Source: Tannerellaceae bacterium
Lineage (GTDB): Bacteria; Bacteroidota; Bacteroidia; Bacteroidales; CAMTPD01
Length of the DNA stretch: 64,000 nucleotides
Assembly (NCBI GenBank): GCA_051656605.1
Contig: JBOGCF010000015.1
Span: 19,527-83,526, forward strand
Reading direction: 5' to 3'
Shown here one piece after another: positions 37,444-47,286 of the stretch (position 1 is the stretch's first letter; every line of letters begins with the position of its first letter). The notes beneath the pieces are model-generated. The model did not search any database. It was given only the letters and a program-made list of their open reading frames with translations, and was not told the DNA's origin. A program made the position numbers and the translations under genes.

Positions 37444-40400
37444 ATGACAAAACAAAAAAAGTTTTTGACTTGTGATGGTAACCAAGCTGCAGCACACATC
37501 GCTTACATGTTTAGCGAAGTAGCAGCTATCTATCCAATCACACCATCATCAACAATGGCTGAGTATGTTGATGAATGGGCTGCGGTAGGCAGAAAAAATA
37601 TTTTCGGCGAAACAGTTCGCGTAGAAGAAATGCAATCAGAAGCAGGTGCAGCAGGTGCACTTCACGGATCTTTACAGGCCGGAGCATTATCAACAACCTT
37701 CACAGCATCTCAAGGTTTGTTGTTGATGATCCCTAACATGTACAAGATTGCGGGTGAATTGCTACCATCTGTATTCCACGTATCTGCACGTGCATTGGCA
37801 TCGCATGCATTATCAATCTTTGGTGACCACCAAGATGTTATGGCAGCACGTCAAACAGGTTTTGCTATGTTGGCTACAGGTTCAGTTCAAGAAGTAATGG
37901 ACTTAGCTGGTGTTGCTCACTTGGCAACAATCAAGTCTCGTATTCCATTTATGCACTTCTTCGACGGATTCCGTACATCACACGAAATTCAAAAGATTGA
38001 AGCTCTAGACAACGAAGATCTAGCTCAATTTATCGATCAAGATGCTTTGGCTGAGTTCCGCAAAAGAGCACTTAACCCAGAAAATCCGGTTGCTCGCGGT
38101 ACAGCTCAAAACCCAGATATCTATTTCCAAGCTCGCGAAGCATGTAACCCATTCTACGATGCGGTTCCGGCAATCGTTGAAGAGTACATGGAAAAACTTT
38201 CTACAGTAACTGGTCGTAAATACGGCTTGTTCGATTATTACGGTGCACCAGATGCAGAGCGCGTTATCATCGCGATGGGTTCTGTAACTGAGGCTATCCG
38301 TGAAGCAATCGATCACCTTGTAGAAGAAGGCGAAAAAGTAGGTTTGGTAGCAGTACACTTGTACCGTCCATTCTCTGCAAAACATTTCCTAGGAGCAGTT
38401 CCTGCAACAGCAAAACGTATTGCTGTTCTTGACAGAACTAAAGAGCCGGGAGCTACAGGCGAACCTCTTTACCTAGACGTAAAAGACTGTTTCTACGGGC
38501 AAGAAAACGCTCCTGTTATCGTAGGTGGTCGTTATGGTTTGTCTTCAAAAGACACAACTCCTGCTCAAATCCTTTCAGTATACGAAAACCTTGGATTGCC
38601 AGAGCCTAAGAATCACTTCACTATCGGTATCGTAGACGACGTTACATTTACTTCTCTTCCAAAGAAAGAAGAAATCTCGTTCGCAAACGGTCCTTACGAA
38701 GCTAAGTTCTACGGTCTTGGTGCAGACGGTACTGTAGGTGCAAACAAAAACTCGATCAAAATCATCGGTGACAATACAGACAAATATTGTCAGGCATACT
38801 TCTCATACGACTCGAAGAAATCAGGTGGTTTCACTTGTTCTCACCTTCGTTTCGGTGATGCGCCAATCCGTTCTACTTATTTGGTAAATACACCAGACTT
38901 CGTAGCATGTCACGTTGCGGCTTATTTGCGTCTTTACGATGTAACTCGTGGTTTGAAAAAGAATGGTACATTCCTTCTTAACTCACCATGGGATGCAGAA
39001 GAGACTAAAAAGCACCTTCCTGATAATGTAAAAGCATATTTGGCTAAAAACAACATCAGCTTCTACATCATCAATGCAACTAAGATTGCTCACGGTATCG
39101 GTCTTGGTAACCGTACCAATACAATCCTTCAATCAGCATTCTTCAAGATTACAGGTGTAATCCCTTACGATCTAGCGGTAGAGCAAATGAAGAAATTCAT
39201 TGTGAAATCGTACGGTAAGAAAGGTGAGAAAGTTGTAAACATGAACTACGCTGCGGTAGATCAAGGTGGTGACGTAGTTAAAGTAGAAGTTCCAGCAGAA
39301 TGGGCATCTCTAGAAGGCGCACAATTCGAACTTCCAAAAGACGACGCTCCTGCATTTATCCAAGACGTAGTACGTCCTATCAACGCTCAAATCGGTGACG
39401 ATCTTCCAGTATCTGTATTCAAAGGTCGTGAAGATGGTACATGGGATCAAGGTACAGCTACATTCGAAAAACGTGGTGTTGCAGCTCTAGTTCCGGTATG
39501 GAAACCAGAAAACTGTATCCAATGTAACCAATGTGCTTACGTATGTCCTCACGCTGCAATCCGTCCGTTCGTTCTTGACGAAGCAGAACAAGCAGGTGCT
39601 CCTGCCGACATGGCACAACTAAAAGCTACAGGTAAGCAATTTGCAGGCATGACATTCCGCATGCAAGTAAACGTACTTGACTGTCTTGGTTGTGGTAACT
39701 GTCCTGACATCTGTCCTGGAAACAAAAACGGTAAAGCCCTTGAAATGGTTCCATTCCTTACTCAGGAAGAAGAGCAAAAGAACTGGGATTACTGTGTAGA
39801 AAGCGTAAAATCAAAACAACACCTTGTAGATGTTAAATCAAACGTGAAGAACTCTCAGTTCGCGACTCCATTGTTTGAGTTCTCTGGTGCATGTTCTGGT
39901 TGTGGAGAAACTCCATACGTGAAATTGATTTCTCAATTGTTTGGTGACCGTCAGATGATTGCAAATGCAACAGGTTGTACTTCTATCTACTCTGGTTCGG
40001 CTCCATCTACACCATATACTAAAAACGAAAAAGGACACGGTCCTGCTTGGGCAAACTCATTGTTTGAAGACAATGCAGAGTTTGGTCTAGGTATGGTAGT
40101 TGCGGTAAACAAAATGCGCGACCGTCTTGCAGGCTTAATGGAAAAAGGTCTTGCATGTGACTGCTGTTCGGAAGAAATGAAAGCATTGTTCGTTGAATGG
40201 TTAAACAACCGTGAAAACGCTGATGCAACTGTAGCTATCGCAGAGAAACTTGTACCAATGGTAGAAGCTTGCACTTGCGACATCTGCAAAGACATCAACG
40301 ATATGAAACAATACATCATCAAGAAATCTCAATGGATCATTGGTGGTGACGGTTGGGCATACGACATCGGCTTCGGTGGTCTTGACCACGTTATTGCTTC

Positions 40401-40998
40401 CGGCGCAAACGTAAACATCCTTGTTGTAGATACAGAGATCTATTCTAACACAGGTGGTCAAGCATCTAAATCTACTCCGGTAGGTGCGGTAGCTAAATTT
40501 GCTGCGGCAGGTAAACGCATCCGTAAGAAAGATCTTGGTCTTATCGCAACAACATACGGTTATGTTTATGTAGCACAAATCGGTATGGGTGCAAACCAAG
40601 CTCAAACATTGAAAGCAATCCGTGAAGCAGAAGCTTACGACGGACCTTCATTGATCATTGCTTACTCTCCATGTATTTCACACTACATGGCATCGGGTAT
40701 GGGCAAAGCTCAAGAAGAAATCTCAAAAGCAGTAGAGTGCGGTTACTGGCACTTGTGGAGATATAACCCAGCTTTGGAATCAGAAGGACAAAACCCATTC
40801 CAACTTGACTCGAAAGAGCCACAGTGGGATAAGTTCCAAGACTTCTTGAAGAAAGAGGGCCGTTATACTTCATTGGCAAAACAATTCCCAGAACAAGCTG
40901 AAGAGTTGTTCCACGCAGCACAAGATAATGCTCAGTGGAGATACAACACTTATAAGCGTTTAGCTGCTGCCAGCTGGGGTGCTGAAGTAAAAGAATAA
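37444..40998 (+). CDS. nifJ: pyruvate:ferredoxin (flavodoxin) oxidoreductase
   Basis: 1184-aa single-chain PFOR. Two ferredoxin motifs (CIQCNQCAYVCPH, CLGCGNCPDICP) and TPP motif GGDGWAYDIGFGG. Confidence 0.95.
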   Translation: MTKQKKFLTCDGNQAAAHIAYMFSEVAAIYPITPSSTMAEYVDEWAAVGRKNIFGETVRVEEMQSEAGAAGALHGSLQAGALSTTFTASQGLLLMIPNMYKIAGELLPSVFHVSARALASHALSIFGDHQDVMAARQTGFAMLATGSVQEVMDLAGVAHLATIKSRIPFMHFFDGFRTSHEIQKIEALDNEDLAQFIDQDALAEFRKRALNPENPVARGTAQNPDIYFQAREACNPFYDAVPAIVEEYMEKLSTVTGRKYGLFDYYGAPDAERVIIAMGSVTEAIREAIDHLVEEGEKVGLVAVHLYRPFSAKHFLGAVPATAKRIAVLDRTKEPGATGEPLYLDVKDCFYGQENAPVIVGGRYGLSSKDTTPAQILSVYENLGLPEPKNHFTIGIVDDVTFTSLPKKEEISFANGPYEAKFYGLGADGTVGANKNSIKIIGDNTDKYCQAYFSYDSKKSGGFTCSHLRFGDAPIRSTYLVNTPDFVACHVAAYLRLYDVTRGLKKNGTFLLNSPWDAEETKKHLPDNVKAYLAKNNISFYIINATKIAHGIGLGNRTNTILQSAFFKITGVIPYDLAVEQMKKFIVKSYGKKGEKVVNMNYAAVDQGGDVVKVEVPAEWASLEGAQFELPKDDAPAFIQDVVRPINAQIGDDLPVSVFKGREDGTWDQGTATFEKRGVAALVPVWKPENCIQCNQCAYVCPHAAIRPFVLDEAEQAGAPADMAQLKATGKQFAGMTFRMQVNVLDCLGCGNCPDICPGNKNGKALEMVPFLTQEEEQKNWDYCVESVKSKQHLVDVKSNVKNSQFATPLFEFSGACSGCGETPYVKLISQLFGDRQMIANATGCTSIYSGSAPSTPYTKNEKGHGPAWANSLFEDNAEFGLGMVVAVNKMRDRLAGLMEKGLACDCCSEEMKALFVEWLNNRENADATVAIAEKLVPMVEACTCDICKDINDMKQYIIKKSQWIIGGDGWAYDIGFGGLDHVIASGANVNILVVDTEIYSNTGGQASKSTPVGAVAKFAAAGKRIRKKDLGLIATTYGYVYVAQIGMGANQAQTLKAIREAEAYDGPSLIIAYSPCISHYMASGMGKAQEEISKAVECGYWHLWRYNPALESEGQNPFQLDSKEPQWDKFQDFLKKEGRYTSLAKQFPEQAEELFHAAQDNAQWRYNTYKRLAAASWGAEVKE

Positions 40999-41024
40999 TT
41001 TTACCACAAGCTATATAAGTGAGC

Positions 41025-41064
41025 AAGCGGGCGTGTCTTTTTAGGCACGCCCGCTTTTGTTTTC
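41025..41064 (+). terminator. rho-independent terminator after nifJ
   Basis: AAGCGGGCGTG ... CACGCCCGCTT stem followed by TTGTTTT. Confidence 0.85.
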
Positions 41065-41230
41065 ATGGGTTAAAGAATATATATTTTCCGTATACTAACT
41101 GTATTTTGAGTCTAAAGATAAAATACTACTAATCTTTACCAGTAGCCAAAACTTGTTCAAGCTTTGTTGTGTTCTAAACCAAGAAAAAACAAATAACACA
41201 ATAGAGTTTAAAAGTCTAATTTTTATTATT

Positions 41231-41911
41231 ATGAAGAAAGTAGTTTTGGCGGTTTCAGTAGTATGCGCAAGTATGTTTATGATGACAAGCTGTCATTCAA
41301 AAAAAGATATGATGTCTAGTGCAGCAACAGTATCTTCTCAACCAGTACAAGTGATTGAAGACGATATGGCTGTAGCTCCGGTTACTGTAGAAGTTGCGAA
41401 GATCACAGGTGATCAAATGAAGGTGCAAGAAGAAGCTTTGGTTAAAGCATTAGCATTAGTGGATGTGGTAGAAGCAGACGGTGATACGATAGTTACAGTA
41501 GATCTTGTTCCGGACTTGAAGAACGGACAGTTGCAAGCCATTAAGTTGGGATTGAATGACTCGGTATTGTTTAAAATTAACTCGGCAGAACTAAGCACTA
41601 AGGCTGATTCTGTATTATCTGTTGTAGCTGCTAATATGCAAGACTTCCCACAAACAGATGCTACAGTGATCGGTTATACAAGTCACACAGGTCCTCAAGA
41701 ATTCAATCAAGAGTTGTCAGTGAAACGTGCACAAGCCGTAATGAAATATTTGGCAACAAAAGGAGTAGCAACTTCAAGAATGGAAGCAATCGGTAAAGGA
41801 TGGAATGATCCTGTTGCTACAAACAAAACATGGGCGGGAAGAGCTCTAAACAGACGTGTAGAAATCTTCATTACCGTGGGCGAACAAATGATTGAGAGCG
41901 CTAAAAAATAA
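41231..41911 (+). CDS. OmpA-family lipoprotein
   Basis: ATG at 41231 gives MKKVVLAVSVVCASMFMMTSC (lipobox). C-terminal OmpA_C domain (FKINSAEL, GYTSHTGPQEFNQELSVKRA, NRRVEI). Confidence 0.85.
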   Translation: MKKVVLAVSVVCASMFMMTSCHSKKDMMSSAATVSSQPVQVIEDDMAVAPVTVEVAKITGDQMKVQEEALVKALALVDVVEADGDTIVTVDLVPDLKNGQLQAIKLGLNDSVLFKINSAELSTKADSVLSVVAANMQDFPQTDATVIGYTSHTGPQEFNQELSVKRAQAVMKYLATKGVATSRMEAIGKGWNDPVATNKTWAGRALNRRVEIFITVGEQMIESAKK

Positions 41912-42098
41912 CGACTAGTTTATTCTAAGCTAATCTCTAAGTCCTCTGTCTATCCTTTGTGGTAACAGGGGACTTATCTATTTATATCGGTCATTAAATT
42001 CGTGAATTTTGGAAGCACTTTGTGGTGTGTTGAGAAAATAAACTTATATTACAGCGTTTTACATTACGTATAATCGCAACACATACAAAGAAACAACC

Positions 42099-42419
42099 AT
42101 GATAACGCGCCTTAAATACCTTTTGCTATTCCTGCGCAGTACGCTCAAGATAGGATTCTTTTTCGTCGTCTTTATCACCTTGCTTGTGTGGCCCGCAAGC
42201 AAGACATTGGGACATGCGCTCAAAACCACGTTGCAATACTATCCGTTTATAACAACAGCACTTTGTTATTTCTACAAGCAAGCCGTAGTACCGGAAGAAT
42301 ATTACTTCTATTACAACGCCCGTCTCGGAAAGACGGAATTGTGGATATTTGTATTTGTTGTGTCGTACGTGGTTTGTTTCTTCCTACAAAATCTAATATA
42401 TCGGTATCTATGCAACTAG
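42099..42419 (+). CDS. small hypothetical membrane protein (about 3 TM segments)
   Basis: Hydrophobic segments are evident. Its stop overlaps the ATG of the ABC ATPase by 10 nt. The competing 42188 ORF extension has no membrane or ABC features. Confidence 0.5.
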   Translation: MITRLKYLLLFLRSTLKIGFFFVVFITLLVWPASKTLGHALKTTLQYYPFITTALCYFYKQAVVPEEYYFYYNARLGKTELWIFVFVVSYVVCFFLQNLIYRYLCN

Positions 42420-43084
42420 AAGTAGACAGTGTATATAAAACCTATGGAGATCGGGTAATCCTTTCGGATGTATACCTTTCGTGCACACCCGGAGAGATCG
42501 TAGCCGTAATGGGACGCAACGGATCGGGCAAGAGTACACTCTTTCAGATCATGTATGGAACGCTCAAATGTGAGTACTCCTCGGTACTCATCAACCACAA
42601 AAGCATTACAGGCAAAGCATACAAGACCGGATCAATCGTTTACTTACCACAAGTATCCTTCTTGCCATTGCAATTTACTGTTTGGCAAATCATCAAAATC
42701 ATGGTGGGAAAGAAAAGCGAGCTTGCCGAGGATCCCCTTATCAAGCGCATCCTTTTTCAGAAAATACGCGAACTCTCGGGCGGCGAAACCCGTTATCTCG
42801 AGATCAGACTCATGCTAATGAGCAAAGCCCCCTTTGTGATTCTCGACGAACCCTATCGAGGTCTTGCGCCCGTAGTTATCGAGCGCATCAATCAATACAT
42901 ACGCGAAGCCTCAAAAACCAAAGGCATCATCGTGAGCGATCACGACTATCGCAGCATCTCAAAAGTAGCAACCAAAATTTTACTGCTCGACGACGGTTGG
43001 CTCCACATTCCCGATGCCGACGATCTGCGCAAAGCAGGTTATCCCGTTACGCTAGCGAGTTTCGACGGGCACGCCACTCGTTAA
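42410..43084 (+). CDS. ABC transporter ATP-binding protein
   Basis: Start MQLEVDSVYKTYG at 42410. Walker A GRNGSGKST, Q-loop LPQ, signature LSGGE, Walker B VILDEP, H-loop SDHD. Confidence 0.8.
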   Translation: MQLEVDSVYKTYGDRVILSDVYLSCTPGEIVAVMGRNGSGKSTLFQIMYGTLKCEYSSVLINHKSITGKAYKTGSIVYLPQVSFLPLQFTVWQIIKIMVGKKSELAEDPLIKRILFQKIRELSGGETRYLEIRLMLMSKAPFVILDEPYRGLAPVVIERINQYIREASKTKGIIVSDHDYRSISKVATKILLLDDGWLHIPDADDLRKAGYPVTLASFDGHATR

Positions 43085-43940
43085 AAGCAATCCCGAATAC
43101 AATCATCAGCAATCCTGCATAGGTAGTCGGATAAATCAGTTCGCCGAGGAAAATGTGAATCAGAAACAGCGACAAGAAAGGCGATAGGTAACAAAGCTGA
43201 TTCACCAGCGCCGGATTTGTCGTCTTGCGAATAGCCATTCCGAAGAAAATAAAAGGAATACCCATTTCAAACAACCCTACGTATACACTCGATAGAAAGC
43301 CCGAAGTCGAAGCCAGCGAAACCGGAACAAAAAGCAAACCTCCCAGCAAATAAATCGAACCAAAAAGGAAACTCAGAAACAACGCCGCCGTCTCATCGAT
43401 ACGTTTGTTGCGACGATTGATGATCCAATAAAAGGCCCACAAGAAAGCACTCAGAAAGGCCAGCGCCAAACCCGATATCGGAAGCGCAGCACCACCCAAC
43501 GAACCCGATCCTAGCGATATAAGCGCCACTCCGCCCAAAGAGAAAGCCATCCCGATGTATTTGAAAGGAGCAATTGGTTTCTTCTCGATCGCGGCAAGCA
43601 AGAGAAGTAAGATAATAGGCCAAAAGTAATTGATCGGCTGAGCAATCTGCGCAGGAAGCAAATCATACGCCTTGAATAAAACCAAGTAGTAAGCCACCGG
43701 ATTTACCAGTCCTACAAACGCAAACCAGCTCCAGTCCTTCTTTGAAAGACGGCGCAACTCGCCCCAGCCCGACTTCAAAGTAAGGGCCACGGCAAAAACG
43801 GCAAGCGCCGAAAGGGTAGCCACCAAAAGCATTTCGTAGTGCGAATAAAACTTGAGAGCCGTTTTAAACATCGTGGCAACGGTAGACCAACTAAGCACGG
43901 CCACCGCCGCGCAAGCAATCGCTTTATTGTTTTCCTGCAT
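43047..43940 (-). CDS. EamA/DMT-family transporter
   Basis: 297 aa with ten hydrophobic helices arranged as two EamA repeats. Confidence 0.85.
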   Translation of the reverse strand: MQENNKAIACAAVAVLSWSTVATMFKTALKFYSHYEMLLVATLSALAVFAVALTLKSGWGELRRLSKKDWSWFAFVGLVNPVAYYLVLFKAYDLLPAQIAQPINYFWPIILLLLLAAIEKKPIAPFKYIGMAFSLGGVALISLGSGSLGGAALPISGLALAFLSAFLWAFYWIINRRNKRIDETAALFLSFLFGSIYLLGGLLFVPVSLASTSGFLSSVYVGLFEMGIPFIFFGMAIRKTTNPALVNQLCYLSPFLSLFLIHIFLGELIYPTTYAGLLMIVFGIAFNEWRARRNSLA

Positions 43941-44436
43941 TGTAATCGATTAAATGTATCACGTAATTTCCCGCAAAGATAACAACAAAAGTACACATTG
44001 CTATCTAGCTCTACGGTTCTCCGATCATGCATTCAAGACGACCTCTTTTGGAGAGTCGACTCCATAAATGTCATAAAGATCGAAAGTCTGTTATGGGAGT
44101 GTATCTTATTTTCTTGAGGCTTATTGTATTCTTTGTAAAATTGATGGCTCGAGGCGTTTTTCCGAGAAAGAGGGGCGATTTATGTGGAAAAGGTAGTTTT
44201 TGCGCTAGATTGCAGTAGTTTGTGTTCGAATGAAATGTGATAAACTGTCGCTAGAAAGCAGGCATTTGCTAACCGAAAAGGAAACTGCTCGGCGGCATTT
44301 TTGAAATCGACTTTTAAAATGATGGCAGATTGTTCTTTCGGGAAACATTTTGTTTTGCTCAACTGCCCCATGCTTGCGTTCGGGCGTTGGGGGCTGAGCT
44401 ACAGGGCATACAAAGCACGCTCGCGGAGTTGAGGGC

Positions 44437-44700
44437 GAAATGTCTTCGTTGAAACGTCAAACGTTTTCAATGAAGACTGTTTTGCGTTACCGTGAATACT
44501 GTTTGCATTCATAACGAAGACTTTTCACACTCTTCGTTATAACTGAATTTACTCACCGCAGTAACTAAAAACACACTTCAAGAAGAGTAAACTAACGACT
44601 CAAAAAAAGGAAAAGAGCTTTTTTTGAGAAGTAAATAAGGTTTTTGCCAGAACTAAACGACCTTTTTGGCAAAACCATGCATGGTTTCTACCCGAATGCT
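44437..44700 (+). repeat. dispersed structured repeat, copy B (same module order and orientation as copy A)
   Basis: Hairpins at 44442-44477 and 44511-44540 with GTCTTC/GAAGAC arms. TTTTTG tracts at 44621, 44641 and 44663, plus a degenerate TTTCTA at 44685. Confidence 0.6.
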
Positions 44701-44889
44701 TCAATTCTGAGGCAAAAACACAATTTCAATCATTCGAAAACCCTATTTCATTACCTTGAAAATCCCATTTTCTGAACGCGAAAAATCCGACAGAATCACC
44801 AATCTACAGCGCAAAATACCCCCGAAAACCATCTTTCGCCGCTTCGAATACCATTTTACCTCTTCACTCCAACGACGGGTTATTGTATT

Positions 44890-44927
44890 TCCGGAAACAA
44901 AACAAGGCAACCTTTTCGGGTTGCCTT
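44890..44927 (-). terminator. terminator after beta-propeller paralog 1
   Basis: AAGGCAAC ... GTTGCCTT stem. On the minus strand it is followed by GTTTTGTTTCC. Confidence 0.6.
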
Positions 44928-45002
44928 GCAGTATATTGAATTGAAGAATGTCATCGAACGAAATGGAATTGCTCTTCATGGCAATTTCCTTTAGGCTCTT
45001 AC

Positions 45003-46226
45003 TTAATTAGGAGTGATGATAGCGATGACGTTGTTGTCGTCTTCGGCAGAAGACTCGGCGAGTTGCTTCAAGGTGCCCGAGAGTTTGTTAGCTGCGAGTG
45101 CTTCTTTCAACTCGGGAATGGTAAATTCGATCGTACATATCGGAGTGCTTGAAGCTAAGGAAAAGGAGTACAAATCTACTTGTTTGCCGCTGTAGTCGTC
45201 GAGAGTTATCTTTTGCTTGTAGATGGCATTGTCGTTGCGATCTTGCATTAAGCAGTTGGCTTCGAAGGGGCCGAGTACCGATTTGTACCCGTCGGGCTTG
45301 TTCAGTACCGTTGTGATCATAAAGTTGTAATCGTTTGTTTGCATAAAGTAAGGCATAGCCGATCGGGGTGCGCTCATGCTTAGATACGACGGAGTCTTTA
45401 CGACGATTGGGAGTAAATCTTGCGCTTGATTAAACAGGAAGAGGGTGTCTTGTTGCTTACTGTTGATGACAAAGCCATCCGTAGCAGGGGTTAACGTTCT
45501 CCATCTTGGCGGTATTATCGTAACCATATCGCCCATTTGCATTTCCGCGCCCACTTCGATCTTCGGGTTTTCATAAACAGGAATTTCTTTTACGATGCTG
45601 CCATCTGTTTTCGAAATCAAGACAAAGGATGTTCCGTATCCGCTAGGAAACTCGTCGTTGCTTTGTACCGGGGCATTGAGCATTGCATTGATTCGTTTCA
45701 TCGCTTGCTTGGCGGCGATTGAGGCGTCATTGGCAATGAGTGTATTGTCGTCGAAGTTGTAGAGCTCGTTCAATATGGCTCCGGTAGGAAGTCGTAGCAG
45801 TCGTTTAAATTGTCCATCGGGTGTATATACACAGATCTTTTGCTTGTCGCCGATGTATACTTCTTTCTTCTTTTCATCGTATAGGGCTTTGAAGATGTCG
45901 ATATACTCTTCGGGACCTTGCCCTTGTTTGTTGAACTTTGATACAGGTGTGCCGTTGCGGTCAAACAACATGACGTCGCCATTTTCTCGTTCTACGATTA
46001 AGATTGAGTTTAATGTGATATCTGCGGGAGAGCTTTTAACTAAGTAGTCGGAGCCTTCTGTTTTGGGCTGCACATAAGTAACCTTGGCAAGTTGAGACAG
46101 CTTTACTTCTTTGTCGGGATATGTTTGCTGTACGTTGATTGACTGCAGGGGTTCTTGCTTTACGGTGGTTGTACACGAGGCCAGCAGTGCCGCAAAGGCA
46201 AAGCCGTAGATGCATGTTTTTTTCAT
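45003..46226 (-). CDS. 6-bladed beta-propeller-type lipoprotein (BF3164-like family), paralog 1
   Basis: Lipobox LLASC. Shares the motif NKQGQGPEEY and the C-terminal NKLSGTLKQLAESSAEDDNNVIAII with the three ORFs at 53.7-57.7 kb. Confidence 0.75.
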   Translation of the reverse strand: MKKTCIYGFAFAALLASCTTTVKQEPLQSINVQQTYPDKEVKLSQLAKVTYVQPKTEGSDYLVKSSPADITLNSILIVERENGDVMLFDRNGTPVSKFNKQGQGPEEYIDIFKALYDEKKKEVYIGDKQKICVYTPDGQFKRLLRLPTGAILNELYNFDDNTLIANDASIAAKQAMKRINAMLNAPVQSNDEFPSGYGTSFVLISKTDGSIVKEIPVYENPKIEVGAEMQMGDMVTIIPPRWRTLTPATDGFVINSKQQDTLFLFNQAQDLLPIVVKTPSYLSMSAPRSAMPYFMQTNDYNFMITTVLNKPDGYKSVLGPFEANCLMQDRNDNAIYKQKITLDDYSGKQVDLYSFSLASSTPICTIEFTIPELKEALAANKLSGTLKQLAESSAEDDNNVIAIITPN

Positions 46227-46320
46227 GTTGTTGTATGCTTTAGATTTAAAGTAAATGTGATGTGTGTTAAATAGTTAACAAAGTTAATAAAAGATATGTT
46301 CTACGCTTTTACACGATATA

Positions 46321-46376
46321 AAAAAAGTAACCTCCGATTGATACTTTTTTGGGTATCCCTCGGAGGTTACTTTTCT
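46321..46376 (-). terminator. terminator after the bifunctional nuclease gene
   Basis: GTAACCTCCGA ... TCGGAGGTTAC 11-bp stem, flanked by AAAAAA and TTTT. Confidence 0.75.
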
Positions 46377-46410
46377 CTCGAAAGGCTTTATTGCCTATTT
46401 ATTGATTGTT

Positions 46411-47013
46411 TTACTTCTCTTCGTCTCTTCGCTTTAGTTCGTCTCTGATTTGCGAAGCGTACTCGTAGTTTTCTTTCTTCAATGCTTCCTGCAACTCTTC
46501 GTTTAGCTCATTTTTACTCAGATCTTGCAATGTGTATGATACGGGCTGCGGCTTGGATGCAGGCTTTTCCGGAGCATCGTCTTCTTCGTTTTCTTGCATC
46601 GGATCTACTGTGATTCCGGCTACATCGAGCACCGATTCGTTTGCATAGATAGGAGCGTCGGAGCGCAGAGCAAGGGCGATTGCGTCTGAAGTGCGCGAAT
46701 CGATCGTTTGTTTGCTGGTACCGTTGTCAAACAAGAGTTCAGAGTAGAAGATACCGTCTTCGAAACGATAGATCATCACTTCGACAAGCTTTATATTGTA
46801 AGCTTTCGCAAAGTTTAGAAACAAATCGTGTGTAAGCGGGCGTGGCGGCTCGAGCTTTTCAATTGCGATTGCAATGGATTGTGCCTCGGCAGCCCCGATA
46901 ATTACAGGAATACGTCTGTTTCCGTTTTCCTCTTCCAGTATCAAGGCATAAGCACCCGATTGGAGTTGGTTGGTTGTTATACCTTGTAGATTAAGTTTTA
47001 CTTTCATGATCAA
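46411..47013 (-). CDS. bifunctional nuclease (DUF151) family protein with C-terminal UVR motif
   Basis: BFN core (PVIIGAAEAQSIAIAIE..PPRPLTHDL) and a UvrB/C-like helix (ALKKENYEYASQIRDELKRR). Confidence 0.8.
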   Translation of the reverse strand: MIMKVKLNLQGITTNQLQSGAYALILEEENGNRRIPVIIGAAEAQSIAIAIEKLEPPRPLTHDLFLNFAKAYNIKLVEVMIYRFEDGIFYSELLFDNGTSKQTIDSRTSDAIALALRSDAPIYANESVLDVAGITVDPMQENEEDDAPEKPASKPQPVSYTLQDLSKNELNEELQEALKKENYEYASQIRDELKRRDEEK

Positions 47014-47286
47014 ATCGTGAATAAGGTTACTTTGAAACAGTACAAAATAAGGAAAGTTATTTGACTCTTCAAAAACAATTCATTGTTTATTGTAATGTCG
47101 CAAAGTGAAGTTGTAAATGAAATCACGTTTTCTGCTTATATTTGCATAACAAGGATAGGTGAAAATCGGTTTGATCTTCACATGTTGTTTGCATCACGAA
47201 GGCGATGCTTTAGAGCAAACATCTCTATCCGGTTACTATTACATTAAACAATAAAAACAAGATTACTGTTTTGCTGCAAGTGAGTC

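Noticed and set aside
44027-44979. Small ORFs (63, 63, 62 and 78 aa) in the 1-kb non-coding region.
   Set aside because: They overlap one another on both strands, lack start context, are Arg/Lys/Cys-rich in a non-protein-like way, and overlap the hairpin and repeat modules. The region is treated as non-coding, with a tblastx check suggested.
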